Assembly: GCA_964016885.1 (NCBI GenBank)
Contig: OZ024760.1
Span: 28,086,001-28,150,000 of the forward strand
Source: Eledone cirrhosa
Lineage: Eukaryota
DNA: 64,000 nt
Reading direction: 5' to 3'
Every line of letters starts with the position of its first letter. The first letter of the stretch is position 1. The notes beneath the pieces were generated by a model that searched no databases, was not told the origin of the DNA, and was given only the letters and a program-made list of their open reading frames with translations. The position numbers and the translations under genes were made by a program. Of this stretch, positions 60,728 through 64,000 are shown one piece after another.

Positions 60728-60950
60728 ATGAAGGCGTGTGGCTGAGTGGTTAGAGAATTGGATTCGCAATTGTGAGGTTGTGAGTTCGATTCCTGGACCA
60801 GGCGATGCGTTATGTCCTTGAGCAAGACACTTTATTTCACGTTGCTCCTTCTACCTGGAGTTGCGACCGATAGATAGTATTAGCAATTGGAAAGACCAAC
60901 GGAAACATTGTTCCCTCGGTCCGATTTGACGAAAGTCGATCGTTCCTTTT
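60728..60950 (+). mobile_element. SINE family A full-length copy
   Basis: A-box TGGCTGAGTGG, B-box GAGTTCGATTCC; same body as 10636-10852. Confidence 0.85.
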
Positions 60951-61052
60951 TATATATACAATATATTAATAAATGGAACCTATATTTATAAAACCATATT
61001 TATTTTATTATACATATTTCAAGGACAACCAAGGCAAATTATGGTGCGCTTT

Positions 61053-61114
<62 letters not shown>

Positions 61115-61185
61115 ATCGATAATGTAGATCGACAAAATTCGAAGTCGATAAAAAAAGCACCAGTCAAGTACTGGGGTCAATTCTT

Positions 61186-63150
61186 CCTCTATATCTCTTT
61201 CTCTCTCTCACTTCCATTCTCTCACCCTCTCTCTATCTCTCTCTCGCTTCCATTCTCTCACTCTCTATATCTCTTTCTCACTTCCATTCTCTCACCCTCT
61301 CTCTATCTCTCTCTCACTTCCATTCTCTCACTCTCTATATCTCTCTCTCACTTCCATTCTCTCACCCTCTCTCTATCTCTCTCTCACTTCCATTCTCTCA
61401 CCCTCTCTCTATCTCTCTCTCACTTCCATTCTCTCACCCTCTCTCTATCTCTCTCTCACTTCCATTCTCTCACCCTCTCTCTATCTCTCTCTCACTTCCA
61501 TTCTCTCACCCTCTCTCTATCTCTTTCTCACTTCCATTCTCTCACCCTCTCTCTATCTCTTTCTCACTTCCATTCTCTCACCCTCTCTCTATCTCTTTCT
61601 CACTTCCATTCTCTCACCCTCTCTCTATCTCTCACTTCCATTCTCTCACCCTCTCTCTATCTCTTTCTCACTTCCATTCTCTCACCCTCTCTCTATCTTT
61701 CTCTCACTTCCATTCTCTCACCCTCTCTCTATCTCTTTCTCACTTCCATTCTCTCACCCTCTCTCTATCTCTTTCTCACTTCCATTCTCTCACCCTCTCT
61801 CTATCTCTTTCTCGCTTCCATTCTCTCACCCTCTCTCTATCTCTCTCTCACTTCCATTCTCTCACCCTCTCTGTATCTCTCTCTCACTTCCATTCTCTCA
61901 CCCTCTTTCTATCTCTCTCTCACTTCCATTCTCTCACCCTCTCTCCATCTCTTTCTCACTTCCATTCTCTCACCCTCTCTCTATCTCTCTCTCACTTCCA
62001 TTCTCTCACTCTCTATATCTCTCTCTCACTTCCATTCTCTCACCCTCTCTCTATCTCTTTCTCACTTCCATTCTCTCACCCTCTCCCTATCTCTTTCTCA
62101 CTTCCATTCTCTCACCCTCTTTCTATCTCTCTCTCACTTCCATTCTCTCACCCTCTCTCTATCTCTCACTTCCATTCTCTCACCCTCTCTCTATCTCTCT
62201 CTCACTTCCATTCTCTCACTCTCTATATCTCTCTCTCACTTCCATTCTCTCACCCTCTCTCTATCTCTTTCTCACTTCCATTCTCTCACCCTCTCTCTAT
62301 CTCTCTCTCACTTCCATTCTCTCACTCTCTATATCTCTTTCTCACTTCCATTCTCTCACCCTCTCTCTATCTCTCTCTCACTTCCATTCTCTCACTCTCT
62401 ATATCTCTTTCTCACTTCCATTCTCTCACCCTCTCTCTATCTCTCTCTCACTTCCATTCTCTCACCCTCTCTCTATCTCTCTCTCACTTTCATTCTCTCA
62501 CTCTCTCTCTATCTCTCTCTCACTTCCATTCTCTCACCCTCTCTCTATCTCTCTCTCACTTTCATTCTCTCACCCTCTCTCTATCTCTCTCTCACTTCCA
62601 TTCTCTCACCCTCTCTCTATCTCTCTCTCACTTTCATATTCTCACCCTCTCTCTATCTCTCTCTCACTTCCATTCTCTCACCCTCTCTCTATCTCTCTCT
62701 CACTTCCATTCTCTCACCCTCTCTCTATCTCTTTCTCACTTCCATTCTCTCACCCTCTCTCTATCTCTCTCTCACTTCCATTCTCTCACCCTCTTTCTAT
62801 CTCTCTCTCACTTCCATTCTCTCACCCTCTCTCTATCTCTCACTTCCATTCTCTCACCCTCTCTCTATCTCTTTCTCACTTCCATTCTCTCACTCTCTAT
62901 ATCTCTCTCTCACTTTCATTCTCTCACTCTCTCTCTATCTCTCTCTCACTTCCATTCTCTCACCCTCTCTCTATCTCTCACTTCCATTCTCTCACCCTCT
63001 CTCTATCTCTCTCTCACTTCCATTCTCTCACCCTCTCTCTATCTCTCTCTCACTTCCATTCTCTCACTCTCTATATCTCTTTCTCACTTCCATTCTCTCA
63101 CCCTCTCTCTATCTCTCTCTCACTTCCATTCTCTCACCCTCTCTCTATCC
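61186..63150. repeat. 36-bp pyrimidine-rich minisatellite (CTCTCACTTCCATTCTCTCACCCTCTCTCTATCTCT)n
   Basis: Period 36 (e.g. 61381, 61417) with shorter variants. Confidence 0.95.
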
Positions 63151-63550
63151 TTCTCTGGAAGAAATCTGCTGTATTCAGACCTGGGCAGGTGATGGTCGGC
63201 ACAAGGTTCTGTCTGTATGCCCTAGAATCACTGTATGCCAATACACCACCCCTACGACATACTCAGGATTTACAGGGTAACACATACATAGTTTTTGGCA
63301 GGTACTCTATTTTATGGACATCGGAAGGATGAAAGGCAAAGTCACCTCGTCAACATTCGAACACGGAAAGTTTCTGATTTAAGCCCAAGACCGAGAAATT
63401 TAAAGGAGAGAAAAAATTGACTCTATAATAGGGGTGTGCAACATATTCCATTGGTGGGCCACTTTTGAACATTGGAACAACTATTAGGGCCATTAATATT
63501 TATTAAGCACTATTCCAAAGATTCACTACAATTTCTTTCCATAACATGGA

Positions 63551-64000
63551 ACTGGGAAATTATAACACACACAACCCTATCAGTGAAGCCCTTTAGTATA
63601 GGTTAACTGGGAAATTATAACACACATAACCCTATCAGTGAAGCCCTTTAGTATAGGTGAACTGGGAAATTATAACACACATAACCCTATCAGTGAAGCC
63701 CTTTAGTATAGGTGAACTGGGAAATTATAACACACATAACCCTATCAGTGAAGCCCTTTAGTATAGGTCAACTGGGGAAATTATAACACACATAACCCTA
63801 TCAGTGAAGCCCTTTAGTATAGGTGAACTGGGAAATTATAACACACATAACCCTATCAGTGAAGCCCTTTAGTATAGGTGAACTGGGAAATTATAACACA
63901 CATAACCCTATCAGTGAAGCCCTTTAGTATAGGTGAACTGGGAAATTATAACACACATAACCCTATCAGTGAAGCCCTTTAGTATAGGTAAACTGGGAAA
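63551..64000. repeat. 55-bp tandem repeat (>=8 copies, runs off the right edge)
   Basis: Unit ACTGGGAAATTATAACACACATAACCCTATCAGTGAAGCCCTTTAGTATAGGTGA at 63551, 63606, 63661 and onward. Confidence 0.95.

Noticed and set aside
63551-64000. HHR in the 55-bp tandem repeat
   Set aside because: The minus strand has CTGATAG rather than CTGANGA, with no properly placed GAAA or stems.

Overview
Gene-poor, repeat-saturated animal genomic DNA. The SINE types and (AT)n density suggest an octopus or other cephalopod (inference). No intact protein-coding gene is supported; almost all listed ORFs are microsatellite artefacts. The main hidden signal is a population of non-coding elements carrying minimal type I hammerhead ribozymes (HHR) inserted into (TA)n tracts. 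Two near-perfect tandem arrays have an HHR in every monomer: 310 bp x24 on the minus strand and 466 bp x~9 on the plus strand, both retrozyme-like. About ten further unrelated families occur as fold-back insertions with an unpaired 3' tail. Many of these tails share a covarying stem motif (ACTC..GAGTRCT / GCTC..GAGCACT / ACCC..GGGTACT). A decayed Penelope-like (PLE) GIY-YIG endonuclease upstream of one HHR is the probable mobilising partner type. The window also holds RTE and CR1-like LINE remnants, tRNA-derived SINEs, small Tc1/mariner- and pogo-type MITEs, and several minisatellites derived from TE fragments.
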